Assembly (NCBI GenBank): GCA_031364845.1
Contig: JANLWX010000111.1
Span: 1-26,928 of the forward strand
Length of the DNA stretch: 26,928 bases
Direction: 5' to 3'
From: Candidatus Eiseniibacteriota bacterium
Lineage (GTDB): Bacteria > Eisenbacteria > RBG-16-71-46
Under the pieces are notes generated by a model. It was given only the letters and a program-made list of their open reading frames with translations. It was not told where the DNA came from and did not search any database. A program made the translations under genes and the position numbers. Below are positions 8,802-17,379 of this stretch, one piece after another. The stretch's first letter is position 1. Every line of letters starts with the position of its first letter.

Positions 8802-9742
8802 ATCCGCTGCTCACGGGTGCCGCCGCCGTCTACGGGGCCGCATGGGAATTGCGTCGCGCGCTCCATGCGAGCGGCGTGCTGCGCCCGGAGCGGGTCGCCG
8901 CGCGCGTGGTGAGCATCGGGAACCTGACCGTCGGCGGGACCGGCAAGACCACGCTTGCGCTGTACCTCGGGGGATTGCTCGCGCGCCGCAGCGAAGACTT
9001 CGCGATCGTGTGCCGCCGCTACCGGCCCGGCCCTGCGGGTTTCGGCGACGAGGAGTTGATGTACGCGCGGGCGTTCGGGAGGGAGCGCGTGTACGCCGGG
9101 ACCGTGAAGCGCGACCTCGCGCGGCAGGCGGCGTCCGACGGCCATCGCATCGTCCTCCTGGACGACGGCTTCTCGCACTGGCAGCTCGAGCGCGACGTGA
9201 ATCTGGTGCTGCTCGATGCGAGCGATCCGTGGGGCGGCGGGTATCTGCTGCCGGCCGGGCGGATGCGCGAGCCGCGCCGCGCACTCCAGCGCGCCGATGC
9301 CGTGATCGTGTCGCGCGTCGAACGCGACGCCGATGTTGCCGGCCTGATCGCCGAGGCCTTGCGGTTCGCACCCGCGGCTCACGGTGCCGCCGGTCGTCAC
9401 GCGATCACCGGCGTGCGGTCGCGCGCGGGCGATGGGGCGGGGCGCGGGACGCGGGTGTGGATCGTCACGGCGACCGGCAATCCGGCCGCGGTGGAGCACA
9501 GCGCGATCGAAGCGGGCCTCGAAGTCGCGGGCATGTCACGTTACCGGGATCATCATTGGTTCCGCGCGGGCGAGGTGCGTGCCGAGCGCTCGCGCGCAGC
9601 AGGCGCCGGTGCGCGGGTGCTCGTCACGTCGAAGGATGCAGTACGCTGGCCCGATGCGGACCGGGACGTGCTGGTGCTCGAAGTCGAATGGCGGTGGATC
9701 GCCGGGGGACCGGCAATCGAATCGGCGATGTATGGGCCGTGA
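8798..9742 (+). CDS. lpxK: Tetraacyldisaccharide 4'-kinase LpxK
   Basis: VVSIGNLTVGGTGKT P-loop, GDE, LLDDGFSH, LLPAGRMRE, YRDHH, TSKDAVR. Confidence 0.94.
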   Translation: MNPLLTGAAAVYGAAWELRRALHASGVLRPERVAARVVSIGNLTVGGTGKTTLALYLGGLLARRSEDFAIVCRRYRPGPAGFGDEELMYARAFGRERVYAGTVKRDLARQAASDGHRIVLLDDGFSHWQLERDVNLVLLDASDPWGGGYLLPAGRMREPRRALQRADAVIVSRVERDADVAGLIAEALRFAPAAHGAAGRHAITGVRSRAGDGAGRGTRVWIVTATGNPAAVEHSAIEAGLEVAGMSRYRDHHWFRAGEVRAERSRAAGAGARVLVTSKDAVRWPDADRDVLVLEVEWRWIAGGPAIESAMYGP

Positions 9743-9784
9743 TGAGGCGCGCCATCGCAACGTCACGGAGCGCGGGAGGGAGCG

Positions 9785-11419
9785 GTGAGTGATGCCGATG
9801 TGCTGGTGCTCGGAAGCGGCATCGCGGGGCTGATGATCGCGCTGCGCGCCGCCGAGCACGGCGACGTGCTGGTCCTGACCAAGCGCCGCGCCGAGGACGC
9901 CAACACCAACTGGGCGCAGGGCGGCATCGCGGCGGTGTTCGATCGTGAGGATTCGTTCCGCGAACACGAACGCGACACGCTGACGTGCGGGGCGGGTCTG
10001 TGTGATCGCGACGTGGTGCGCGAAGTCGTGCGTCAGGCGCCCGAGCGCGTGAGTGCGCTGGGGGATCTCGGCGTTCACTTCACGCGCGCGGCGCGGGGGT
10101 TCGCGCTCGGCCGCGAGGGCGGCCATTCGCACCGCCGCATCGTCCACGCCGGCGACTTCACCGGGCAATCGATCGAGCGCGCGCTGATCGAGCGCGTGCG
10201 CGAGCATCCGCGCATCCGCATGCTCGAAGACCAGCTCGCGGTCGACCTGATCCTCGATTCCCGGCTGCGCGGCCGGGCCGCGGGCCACGGGCGTGACGCA
10301 TGCTGGGGCGCCTACGTGCTGGACCGGCCGACCGGACGCATCCGTCCCGTCACCGCGCGCGTCACGGTGCTCGCGACCGGCGGATGCGGCAAGGTCTATC
10401 TCTACACGAGCAACCCCGACATCGCGACCGGCGACGGCCTCGCGATGGCGTACCGGGCCGGCGTCGCCGTCGCCAACCTCGAGTTCGTGCAGTTCCATCC
10501 GACCTGCCTCTACCACCCGCGCGCCAAGTCGTTCCTGATCAGCGAGGCGCTGCGCGGCGAGGGCGCGCTGCTGCGCACCACCGACGGAGCGCGGTTCATG
10601 CCGGCGACCCACCGCGACGCCGAATTGGCACCGCGCGACGTGGTCGCGCGCGCCATCGATCGTGAATTGAAGCGCCGCGGCGATCCGTTCGTGTGGCTCG
10701 ACATCACGCACCGTCCCGCGGGTTTTCTGCGCAAGCGGTTCCCCAACATCGATGCCGCGCTGCGCGGCTATGGCATCGACTTCACGCGCGAGCCGATTCC
10801 GGTGGTGCCGGCTGCGCACTACATGTGCGGCGGCGTGCGCGCCGCACTCTCGGGCCGCACCGCACTCCCGGGGCTGCTCGCGCTCGGCGAAGTGGCATGC
10901 ACCGGGCTCCACGGCGCGAACCGGCTCGCGAGCAATTCGCTGCTCGAAGCGCTGGTCGGCGCGCATCTCGCGGTAAACGAGGTCGCCATGCGGCTCGCCG
11001 CGGTGCCGCGGGCGCCGCGCGCCGAGGCATGGCGCGCGCACGGCACGCGGCCGCCGCAGGAGTCGGTGGTATTCGATCACAACTGGGAGTCGGTGCGGCG
11101 TGTGATGTGGGATCTGGTCGGCATCGTGCGGACCGATCAGCGGCTGGCGTTCGCCGCGCGGCGGCTGGCCCTGCTGGGCGAGGAGATCGAGCACGACTAC
11201 GTGCGCTTGAAGCTCCATCCCGATCTGATCGAGCTGCGCAACATCGCGCTGTGCGGATCGCTGATCGTGCGCTCGGCCCAGCGCCGCCGTGAGAGCCGCG
11301 GGCTGCACTACAACCTCGATCATCCGCGCCGGGTCGCTCTGGCCGCCCGGCCGACGGTGCTGCGGCGCCGGGAGCGCGGTCGTGCCGGTGTTGCTGCGGG
11401 TGCTTTGGGAAGCCTATAG
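9785..11419 (+). CDS. nadB: L-aspartate oxidase NadB
   Basis: GSGIAGL, TNWAQGGIAA, REGGHSHRRIVHAGDFTG, QFHPT, FLISEALRGEG, ELAPRDVVAR, HYMCGG, GLHGANRLASNSLLE, ESRGLHY. GGGAGGGA RBS. Confidence 0.96.
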   Translation: MSDADVLVLGSGIAGLMIALRAAEHGDVLVLTKRRAEDANTNWAQGGIAAVFDREDSFREHERDTLTCGAGLCDRDVVREVVRQAPERVSALGDLGVHFTRAARGFALGREGGHSHRRIVHAGDFTGQSIERALIERVREHPRIRMLEDQLAVDLILDSRLRGRAAGHGRDACWGAYVLDRPTGRIRPVTARVTVLATGGCGKVYLYTSNPDIATGDGLAMAYRAGVAVANLEFVQFHPTCLYHPRAKSFLISEALRGEGALLRTTDGARFMPATHRDAELAPRDVVARAIDRELKRRGDPFVWLDITHRPAGFLRKRFPNIDAALRGYGIDFTREPIPVVPAAHYMCGGVRAALSGRTALPGLLALGEVACTGLHGANRLASNSLLEALVGAHLAVNEVAMRLAAVPRAPRAEAWRAHGTRPPQESVVFDHNWESVRRVMWDLVGIVRTDQRLAFAARRLALLGEEIEHDYVRLKLHPDLIELRNIALCGSLIVRSAQRRRESRGLHYNLDHPRRVALAARPTVLRRRERGRAGVAAGALGSL

Positions 11420-11420
11420 T
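11391..11420 (+). promoter_or_regulatory. Putative internal sigma70-type promoter overlapping the nadB 3' end
   Basis: TTGCTG (11391-96), 18 nt spacer, TATAGT (11415-20), about 45 nt before ATG 11466. Confidence 0.45.
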
Positions 11421-11465
11421 TCCGCTCGCGGTCGCGCTCCCTTCAGAGGGCGGTCGCACCCACTC

Positions 11466-11870
11466 ATGAGCTCATCCGATCAGCCGTTCTGGGACGCGGT
11501 CGACGCACTGCGCGAACGCGATGGGCGCTACCACCGTGAAGCCTATGGTTTCGTCGTGGGGGCGCTCGGTGTCACCGTGCGGGCGCTGCCGGCCGAACGG
11601 CGGGCCGATGCCGTGCGGCGGCATCTCTCGGGGCGCGAGTTGCTGACGGCGATCGTCCGGATCGCGCGCGACGAGTTCGGAACGCTGGCGGCCACGGTGT
11701 TCCGCGAATGGGGGATCTCGACGGGCGAGGACATCGGAAAGATCGTGTTCGAGCTGGTGGAGGCGAGCCAGCTCAGCGCGCAGCCCGAGGACTCGATCGA
11801 GGACTTTCGTGGCGGGCCGGATCTGCTGCAGGCCCTGAGCACTCCCGACCCCGCGTCCGCCTCGCGCTGA
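11466..11870 (+). CDS. Minf_1886-family conserved hypothetical protein
   Basis: DGRYHREAYGFV, RHLSGRELL, EFGTLAATVFREWGI..EDIGKIVFELVE, EDSIEDF, recalled as the Minf_1886 (Planctomycetes/Verrucomicrobia) family pattern. Confidence 0.8.
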   Translation: MSSSDQPFWDAVDALRERDGRYHREAYGFVVGALGVTVRALPAERRADAVRRHLSGRELLTAIVRIARDEFGTLAATVFREWGISTGEDIGKIVFELVEASQLSAQPEDSIEDFRGGPDLLQALSTPDPASASR

Positions 11871-11873
11871 TTC

Positions 11874-13685
11874 GTGCGCGTCTACTTCCGGCTGCTCGGG
11901 TTTCTCAAGCCGTACCGCGTGCGCCTCGCCGCGGCGCTCGCGTGCATGGTGCTGTATGCGGCGACGAGTGCCGTGTCGCTCGGGCTCATTGCCCCGTTCA
12001 TGAAGGTCCTGTTCGAGAGCACCGGCGGTACTGCGGCACCCGCGCAACGTCTGGCCGGATGGCCCGCGCCGCTGCGCGAACTGGTCGAGCGCTGGTTCCT
12101 GGAAGCCGCGCCGCTGATCGCGCTCGAGCGCGTGTGTGTGTTCATCCTCGTGGTGCTGTTCATGAAGAACGCCGCCGACTACATGCAGGCGTTCCTGATG
12201 GTCTCGGTCGAGCAGGCCGCGATCCGCGACCTGCGCAGCAAAGTGTACGCCCATCTGCAGTCGCTGCCGCTCGCGTACTTCCACGGCAGCCGGGCGGGCA
12301 CGCTGCTGTCGCGGATCACGAACGACGTCGAGTACCTGCGCGCTTCGCTCGCCGCCGGCATCGGCAATCTCGTCAAGGATTCGCTCACGCTCGCCGGCTG
12401 CCTGACATGGGTGTTCCTCGCCTCGTGGCGGCTCGCGCTGCTCGCGTGCATCGTCCTGCCGCCGGTGGCGCTCGCGCTGGTGGCGATCGGGCGCAAAATG
12501 CGGCGCCGGTCGAACACCGCGCAGGAACGGATGGCCGATCTCACCAACATCCTGCAGGAGACGATCTCCGGCGCGCGCGTGGTGAAGGCGTTCGGCCGTG
12601 AGCGCGCCGAGAGCGAACGCTTCGCCGCGATGAACGACCGCTACTTTCGCGCGTTCGTCCATCTGCGGCGGGTCTCGGCCGCCGCGCGTCCGGTGAGCGA
12701 ATACGCGGTGGTGGTGGTCGCGGTCGCGATGATGTGGTTCGGCGGCCGCGAGATCTTCGTGAGCCACACACTCGAGCCGCAGCAGTTCGTGCTGTTCGTG
12801 ACCGCGCTGCTCAGCACCATCTCGCCGATCAAGAGCCTGAGCGAGGTCCACACCAACGTGCAGCAGGGGATCGCGGCCGCCGAGCGCATCTTCGCGGTGC
12901 TCGACACGCCGCCCGCGATCGTCGACCGGCCGAACGCGCGGGCACTGCCGCGGCTCGAACGTGAGATCCGCTACGAGTCCGTGTCGTTCGCGTATCAGCC
13001 CGAGATTCCGGTGCTGCACGGCGTGAGCTTCACGATCGCGCGCGGCGAGGTGGTTGCACTGGTGGGTTCGAGCGGTGCGGGCAAGAGCACCGCGATGGAT
13101 CTGCTCGGCCGCTTCCACGATCCGACCGCGGGCCGGGTCACGGTCGACGGCATCGACCTGCGCGACGTCACGCTCGATTCGCTGAGATCCCAGCTCGGCA
13201 TCGTCACGCAGGAGACGATCCTGTTCCACGACACGATTGGTCACAACATCGCCTACGGGCGGCCCGACGCCTCGATGGCCGACATCGAAGCCGCCGCCGA
13301 CGCCGCGCACGCGCTCGACTTCATCCGGAAGCTGCCGCAGGGGTTCGACACGGTGGTCGGCGATCGCGGCGTGCGGCTGTCGGGCGGCGAACGTCAGCGG
13401 CTCGCGATCGCACGCGCGCTGCTCAAGAATCCGCCGATCCTGCTGCTCGACGAGGCCACGTCGTCGCTCGACATGGAGAGCGAACGCCTGGTGCAGGCGG
13501 CACTCGAACGCCTGATGCGCGATCGCACGGTGCTGGTGATCGCTCACCGGTTGTCGACGGTGCAGCATGCCGACCGGATCATCGTGTTCGAGGGCGGCCG
13601 CATCGCGGCCTCGGGCACCCACGCCGAGTTGCTAGAGGATGGCGGGCTCTACCGGCGTCTGCACGATCTGCAGTTCGTCGCATGA
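11874..13685 (+). CDS. msbA: MsbA-like lipid A ABC exporter (TMD + NBD)
   Basis: Six-TM type IV exporter. Walker A GSSGAGKST, LSGGERQR, LLLDEATSSLD, IAHRLST. LPS operon context. Confidence 0.88.
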   Translation: MRVYFRLLGFLKPYRVRLAAALACMVLYAATSAVSLGLIAPFMKVLFESTGGTAAPAQRLAGWPAPLRELVERWFLEAAPLIALERVCVFILVVLFMKNAADYMQAFLMVSVEQAAIRDLRSKVYAHLQSLPLAYFHGSRAGTLLSRITNDVEYLRASLAAGIGNLVKDSLTLAGCLTWVFLASWRLALLACIVLPPVALALVAIGRKMRRRSNTAQERMADLTNILQETISGARVVKAFGRERAESERFAAMNDRYFRAFVHLRRVSAAARPVSEYAVVVVAVAMMWFGGREIFVSHTLEPQQFVLFVTALLSTISPIKSLSEVHTNVQQGIAAAERIFAVLDTPPAIVDRPNARALPRLEREIRYESVSFAYQPEIPVLHGVSFTIARGEVVALVGSSGAGKSTAMDLLGRFHDPTAGRVTVDGIDLRDVTLDSLRSQLGIVTQETILFHDTIGHNIAYGRPDASMADIEAAADAAHALDFIRKLPQGFDTVVGDRGVRLSGGERQRLAIARALLKNPPILLLDEATSSLDMESERLVQAALERLMRDRTVLVIAHRLSTVQHADRIIVFEGGRIAASGTHAELLEDGGLYRRLHDLQFVA

Positions 13686-14779
13686 CGGCCGATCGCCGCC
13701 GCACGATCGAGGTGCCCGCGGGCGGATTCCGTCACATCGCGGTGTTGAGGCTGTCGTCGCTCGGCGACGTGGTGCTCACGCTGCCGGTGGTGCATGCGCT
13801 CGCAGCCGCCTATCCCCACGCGCGCATCAGTTACTGGGTCAAGGAGGAGTTTCGCGACGTGGTGCGGTTCGATCCGGCGATCGCTCACGTGCGCGAACTC
13901 GACCGCGACGCGCGGCGGGTCGAAGATCTGGTCTCGATGTCGGCCGAACTCGAGGACTGCGATCTGATCGTGGATCTGCACCACAACCTGAGAACCCGGG
14001 TGCTCACCGCGCGCCAGAAGGCTCCGGTCCTCACGGCGCCCTCGGCGCGCATCCAGCGCGAACGCTGGGTGCGCGCGCGCTGGACGAATCCGGCGCCGGT
14101 CGCGCGCGCCACCGAGCGCTACGCGGCGGCATTGGCACCGCTCGGCATCGCAGTGCCGGGGCCACCGGCGCTCACGGCCGGACCCGAGGCGGAGGCCTGG
14201 GCGCGCGAGTGGCTCGCCGCGTGGCGTCCCGCGACCGCAACACTCGCGGCCCAGGATGATCCGGCGTGGCACACGCGGCGCCCGCCGATCGCGTTGTTCC
14301 CGGCCGCGCGCCATGCGACCAAGCGCTGGATCGAAGCACACTGGCTCGTGCTCCACGAGCGGCTCGCGGCTGCGGGGCACCCGCTGCTCTATTGTTCGCT
14401 CGATCGGGAGCGCGCGCTGTTTCCGGCACTGGCGTCGTTCGCCGATCAGGACCCGCGCGCGCACTGGTGCACGGAGCCGCTGCCGCGCATGGCGGCACTC
14501 ATGTCGTACTGCGCGACCGCGGTCACCAGCGACACCGGGCTCATGCACGTGGCCGCCGCGCGCGGCGTGCACGTGGTGGCGATGTTCGGCAGCACGGTGC
14601 CCGAGCTGGGTTTCTCGCCTGCGGGCGAGGGGCACGCGGTGCTGTGCCGCCACGAGCCGTGCCAGCCGTGCACCCTCCACGGACGCTCCGAGTGTCCCAA
14701 GACTCACTTCCGCTGCATGAAGGACCTGATGCCCGATCAGGTCCTCGCCGCGGTCGATCAGGTGCTCGCGGCCCGCTGA
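13682..14779 (+). CDS. Glycosyltransferase family 9 (ADP-heptose:LPS heptosyltransferase-like)
   Basis: LRLSSLGDVV, DLH, TKRW, DTGLMHVAAA, FGST, C-terminal CQPC..C..C. Confidence 0.9.
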   Translation: MTADRRRTIEVPAGGFRHIAVLRLSSLGDVVLTLPVVHALAAAYPHARISYWVKEEFRDVVRFDPAIAHVRELDRDARRVEDLVSMSAELEDCDLIVDLHHNLRTRVLTARQKAPVLTAPSARIQRERWVRARWTNPAPVARATERYAAALAPLGIAVPGPPALTAGPEAEAWAREWLAAWRPATATLAAQDDPAWHTRRPPIALFPAARHATKRWIEAHWLVLHERLAAAGHPLLYCSLDRERALFPALASFADQDPRAHWCTEPLPRMAALMSYCATAVTSDTGLMHVAAARGVHVVAMFGSTVPELGFSPAGEGHAVLCRHEPCQPCTLHGRSECPKTHFRCMKDLMPDQVLAAVDQVLAAR

Positions 14780-14786
14780 GCGCGGC

Positions 14787-14816
14787 TTGGCGTTCGGGAA
14801 ACGCGACTCCTATACT
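14787..14816 (+). promoter_or_regulatory. Putative sigma70-type promoter for proS-waaF-gmhB
   Basis: TTGGCG (14787-92), 18 nt spacer, TATACT (14811-16), in a 99-nt intergenic gap. Confidence 0.6.
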
Positions 14817-14878
14817 GCGCCACGGCCTCGGAGCCCGGCTCCGGAGCGCCGCACCCGACCCATCCCAGAGGAGCACGC

Positions 14879-16342
14879 GTGAGTTCGACGGATTCTCCAC
14901 AGCACACGAAGGACGCCAAGGGCTTCGTCGAGGACCTCACCGACCAGTCCGACGACTTCTCGCGCTGGTACACCGAGGTCGTGCGCAAGGCGCAGCTCGC
15001 CGACTACGCGCCGGTGCGCGGCTGCATGGTGATCCGCCCGTACGGTTACGGCCTGTGGGAGAACATGCAGGCGCAGCTCGACCGCCGCATCAAGGCGACC
15101 GGACACCAGAACGCCTACTTCCCGCTGCTGATTCCGGAATCGCTGCTGCAGCTCGAAGCCGATCACGTCGAAGGCTTCGCGCCGCAGGTGGCGTGGGTGA
15201 CGCACGGCGGCGACGAAGTGCTCGAGGAGCGCCTCGCGATCCGTCCGACCAGCGAGGCGATCATCGGACGCATGTATTCGCGCTGGATCGAGTCCTATCG
15301 CGACCTTCCGGTGCTGATCAACCAGTGGGCGAATGTGATGCGCTGGGAGAAGGTGACGCGGCTGTTCCTGCGCACCGCGGAGTTCCTGTGGCAGGAGGGA
15401 CACACCGCGCACGCGAATGCGCAGGAGTGTGAGGAGGAAGTGCTGCGCATGCTCGAGGTCTATCGTGAGTTCGTCGAAACCGAGCTCGCGATTCCGGTGT
15501 ACGCCGGCCGCAAGAGCGCAGCCGAGAAGTTCGCGGGCGCCGAGATGACCTATTCGATCGAAGCGCTGATGCGCGACGGCAAAGCACTGCAGGCCGGAAC
15601 GTCGCACAACCTCGGCCAACACTTCGCCAAGGTGTTCGACATCACCTATCAGGACGAGCAGGGCAAACGCCAGCACGTGTGGCAGACCTCGTGGGGTGTT
15701 TCGACGCGGCTGATCGGAGCGGTGATCATGACGCACGGGGACGATCAGGGCTTGAAGCTTCCGCCGCGGGTGGCTCCGGTTCAGGCGGTGGTGGTGCCGA
15801 TCTGGCGGAAGGACCCCGAGCGCGTGGCGGTGATGGAATTCATCGCGAAGGTGCGCGAGGCGCTCGGCGACCGCGTGCGGTTGCTCGTCGACGACCGGGA
15901 TCAGTATTCGCCGGGCTGGAAGTACAACGAACACGAGCTGCGCGGGGTTCCGGTGCGGCTCGAGGTCGGGCCGCGCGATGTGACACAGAGTGCGGTGATG
16001 AGCGTGCGGCGCGACAACCGCGCCAAGGAATCGATTCCGCTCGACCAACTCGCGGTGCGGCTGCCGGCACTGCTCGACGAGGTTCAACGCTCGCTGCTCG
16101 AAGCGGCGCGCGCGTATCGCGACGAGAACACGACGCCGGTCGAAACCCTCGCAGACATCGAGGCGCACTTCGCCTCGAAGCGCGGCTACGTGGCGATGCC
16201 GTGGGAGGACGACGCGGCGCTCGAGATGCAGATCAAGGAGCGCACCGGCGCCACACTGCGTTGCGTGCCGCTCGATCAGTCGCCGTTCTCGAAGCGCGCT
16301 GGCGACAGCCGTCCGGTGGCGCTGTTCGCGCGTTCCTACTGA
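14879..16342 (+). CDS. proS: Proline--tRNA ligase, archaeal/eukaryote-like type
   Basis: DFSRWY, IRPYGYGLWE, RPTSE, QWANVMRWE, FLRTAEFLWQEGHT, QAGTSHNLGQ, TSWGVSTR, terminal FARSY. AGAGGAG RBS before GTG. Confidence 0.97.
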   Translation: MSSTDSPQHTKDAKGFVEDLTDQSDDFSRWYTEVVRKAQLADYAPVRGCMVIRPYGYGLWENMQAQLDRRIKATGHQNAYFPLLIPESLLQLEADHVEGFAPQVAWVTHGGDEVLEERLAIRPTSEAIIGRMYSRWIESYRDLPVLINQWANVMRWEKVTRLFLRTAEFLWQEGHTAHANAQECEEEVLRMLEVYREFVETELAIPVYAGRKSAAEKFAGAEMTYSIEALMRDGKALQAGTSHNLGQHFAKVFDITYQDEQGKRQHVWQTSWGVSTRLIGAVIMTHGDDQGLKLPPRVAPVQAVVVPIWRKDPERVAVMEFIAKVREALGDRVRLLVDDRDQYSPGWKYNEHELRGVPVRLEVGPRDVTQSAVMSVRRDNRAKESIPLDQLAVRLPALLDEVQRSLLEAARAYRDENTTPVETLADIEAHFASKRGYVAMPWEDDAALEMQIKERTGATLRCVPLDQSPFSKRAGDSRPVALFARSY

Positions 16343-16346
16343 AATC

Positions 16347-17360
16347 GTGACGGGAGCCGCACAGCGGGCAGCCGCCACGCGCCTGGTGGTGCGGCTGCCG
16401 AACTGGCTCGGCGATCTCCTGATGGCGAGGCCGGTCGTGCTCGCGCTGCGCGCAGCACATCCGCAGGCGATCCTCGAGGCCGTGGTGCCGGCGGGGCTGT
16501 GCGAAGTGGCCGGGTGGGACTCGGTGTTCGAGACGGTCCACGCGTGGCCGCGCTCGGGTTCCGAACGCGGCGCGCTCGCGCGCATCGTGCGCGCCGCAAG
16601 ACCCGACGCGGTGCTGGTGCTTCCGCCGTCGTTTTCGAGCGCGTGGTGGGCGCTGGGGACCGGAGCTCGTGTCCGCGTGGGATTCAAGGGCGACTCCCGC
16701 GCGCTGCTGCTCACCAACGCCCTCACGCGTCCGGCACGCGGAGAGTGCCATCTCTCGCAGGAGTACCTGATGCTCGGTGGCGTGCTCGGTGCGCGCGCGA
16801 CTGCAGTCGGTCCGCTGGCGGTCCCTGACGCCGCACACGCAAGCGCCCGCACCCTGCGAGAGCGGCTCGGTGCCCACGGTCCATACGTCGTGTTGGGGCC
16901 GGGAGCGATCTATGGTCCCGCCAAGCGGTGGAGCGAGGACGGGTTCATCGCGGTCGGCAGGGAACTGGCGGCGCGCGGTGACACCGTGCTCGTGTGCGGG
17001 ATCGCGCCCGAGCGCGAAGCGTGCGCGCGGGTCGCTCACGGCATCGGTCCCCGCGCGATCGCAGTTGCAGGCGACACCGATCTCGCCACCCAGGCCGCCT
17101 TGTGTTCCTCGGCACGCGTGTCGCTCTGCAACGATTCCGGCCTCGCGCACCTGTCGGCGGCGACCGGCGCGCCGACCGTCGTGGTGTTCGGCTCGACGAG
17201 CAGCGCGTGGAGCGCTCCGCTCGGTGCTCGCGTGCGCGTGATCCAGCATGCGCCGCCGTGCGCGCCGTGCTTTCAGCGCACGTGCTCGATCGGCTATCGC
17301 TGTCTGGCCGCCGTCAGCCCGCGCGAAGTCCTGGCTGCCTGTGTGGCGGTGGCGGCATGA
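16347..17360 (+). CDS. waaF: LPS heptosyltransferase II (GT9)
   Basis: RLPNWLGDLLM, LPPSFSSA, PGAIYGPAKRW, NDSGLAHLSAA, FGST, CAPCFQRTC. Confidence 0.88.
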   Translation: MTGAAQRAAATRLVVRLPNWLGDLLMARPVVLALRAAHPQAILEAVVPAGLCEVAGWDSVFETVHAWPRSGSERGALARIVRAARPDAVLVLPPSFSSAWWALGTGARVRVGFKGDSRALLLTNALTRPARGECHLSQEYLMLGGVLGARATAVGPLAVPDAAHASARTLRERLGAHGPYVVLGPGAIYGPAKRWSEDGFIAVGRELAARGDTVLVCGIAPEREACARVAHGIGPRAIAVAGDTDLATQAALCSSARVSLCNDSGLAHLSAATGAPTVVVFGSTSSAWSAPLGARVRVIQHAPPCAPCFQRTCSIGYRCLAAVSPREVLAACVAVAA

Positions 17361-17379
17361 GCATCGCCGTGGGGACCGG

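Noticed and set aside
8990..9060. LpxK as a pseudogene (CRRYR in place of SRGY, compact length)
   Set aside because: Frame intact; P-loop, GDE, DDG and C-terminal motifs retained.
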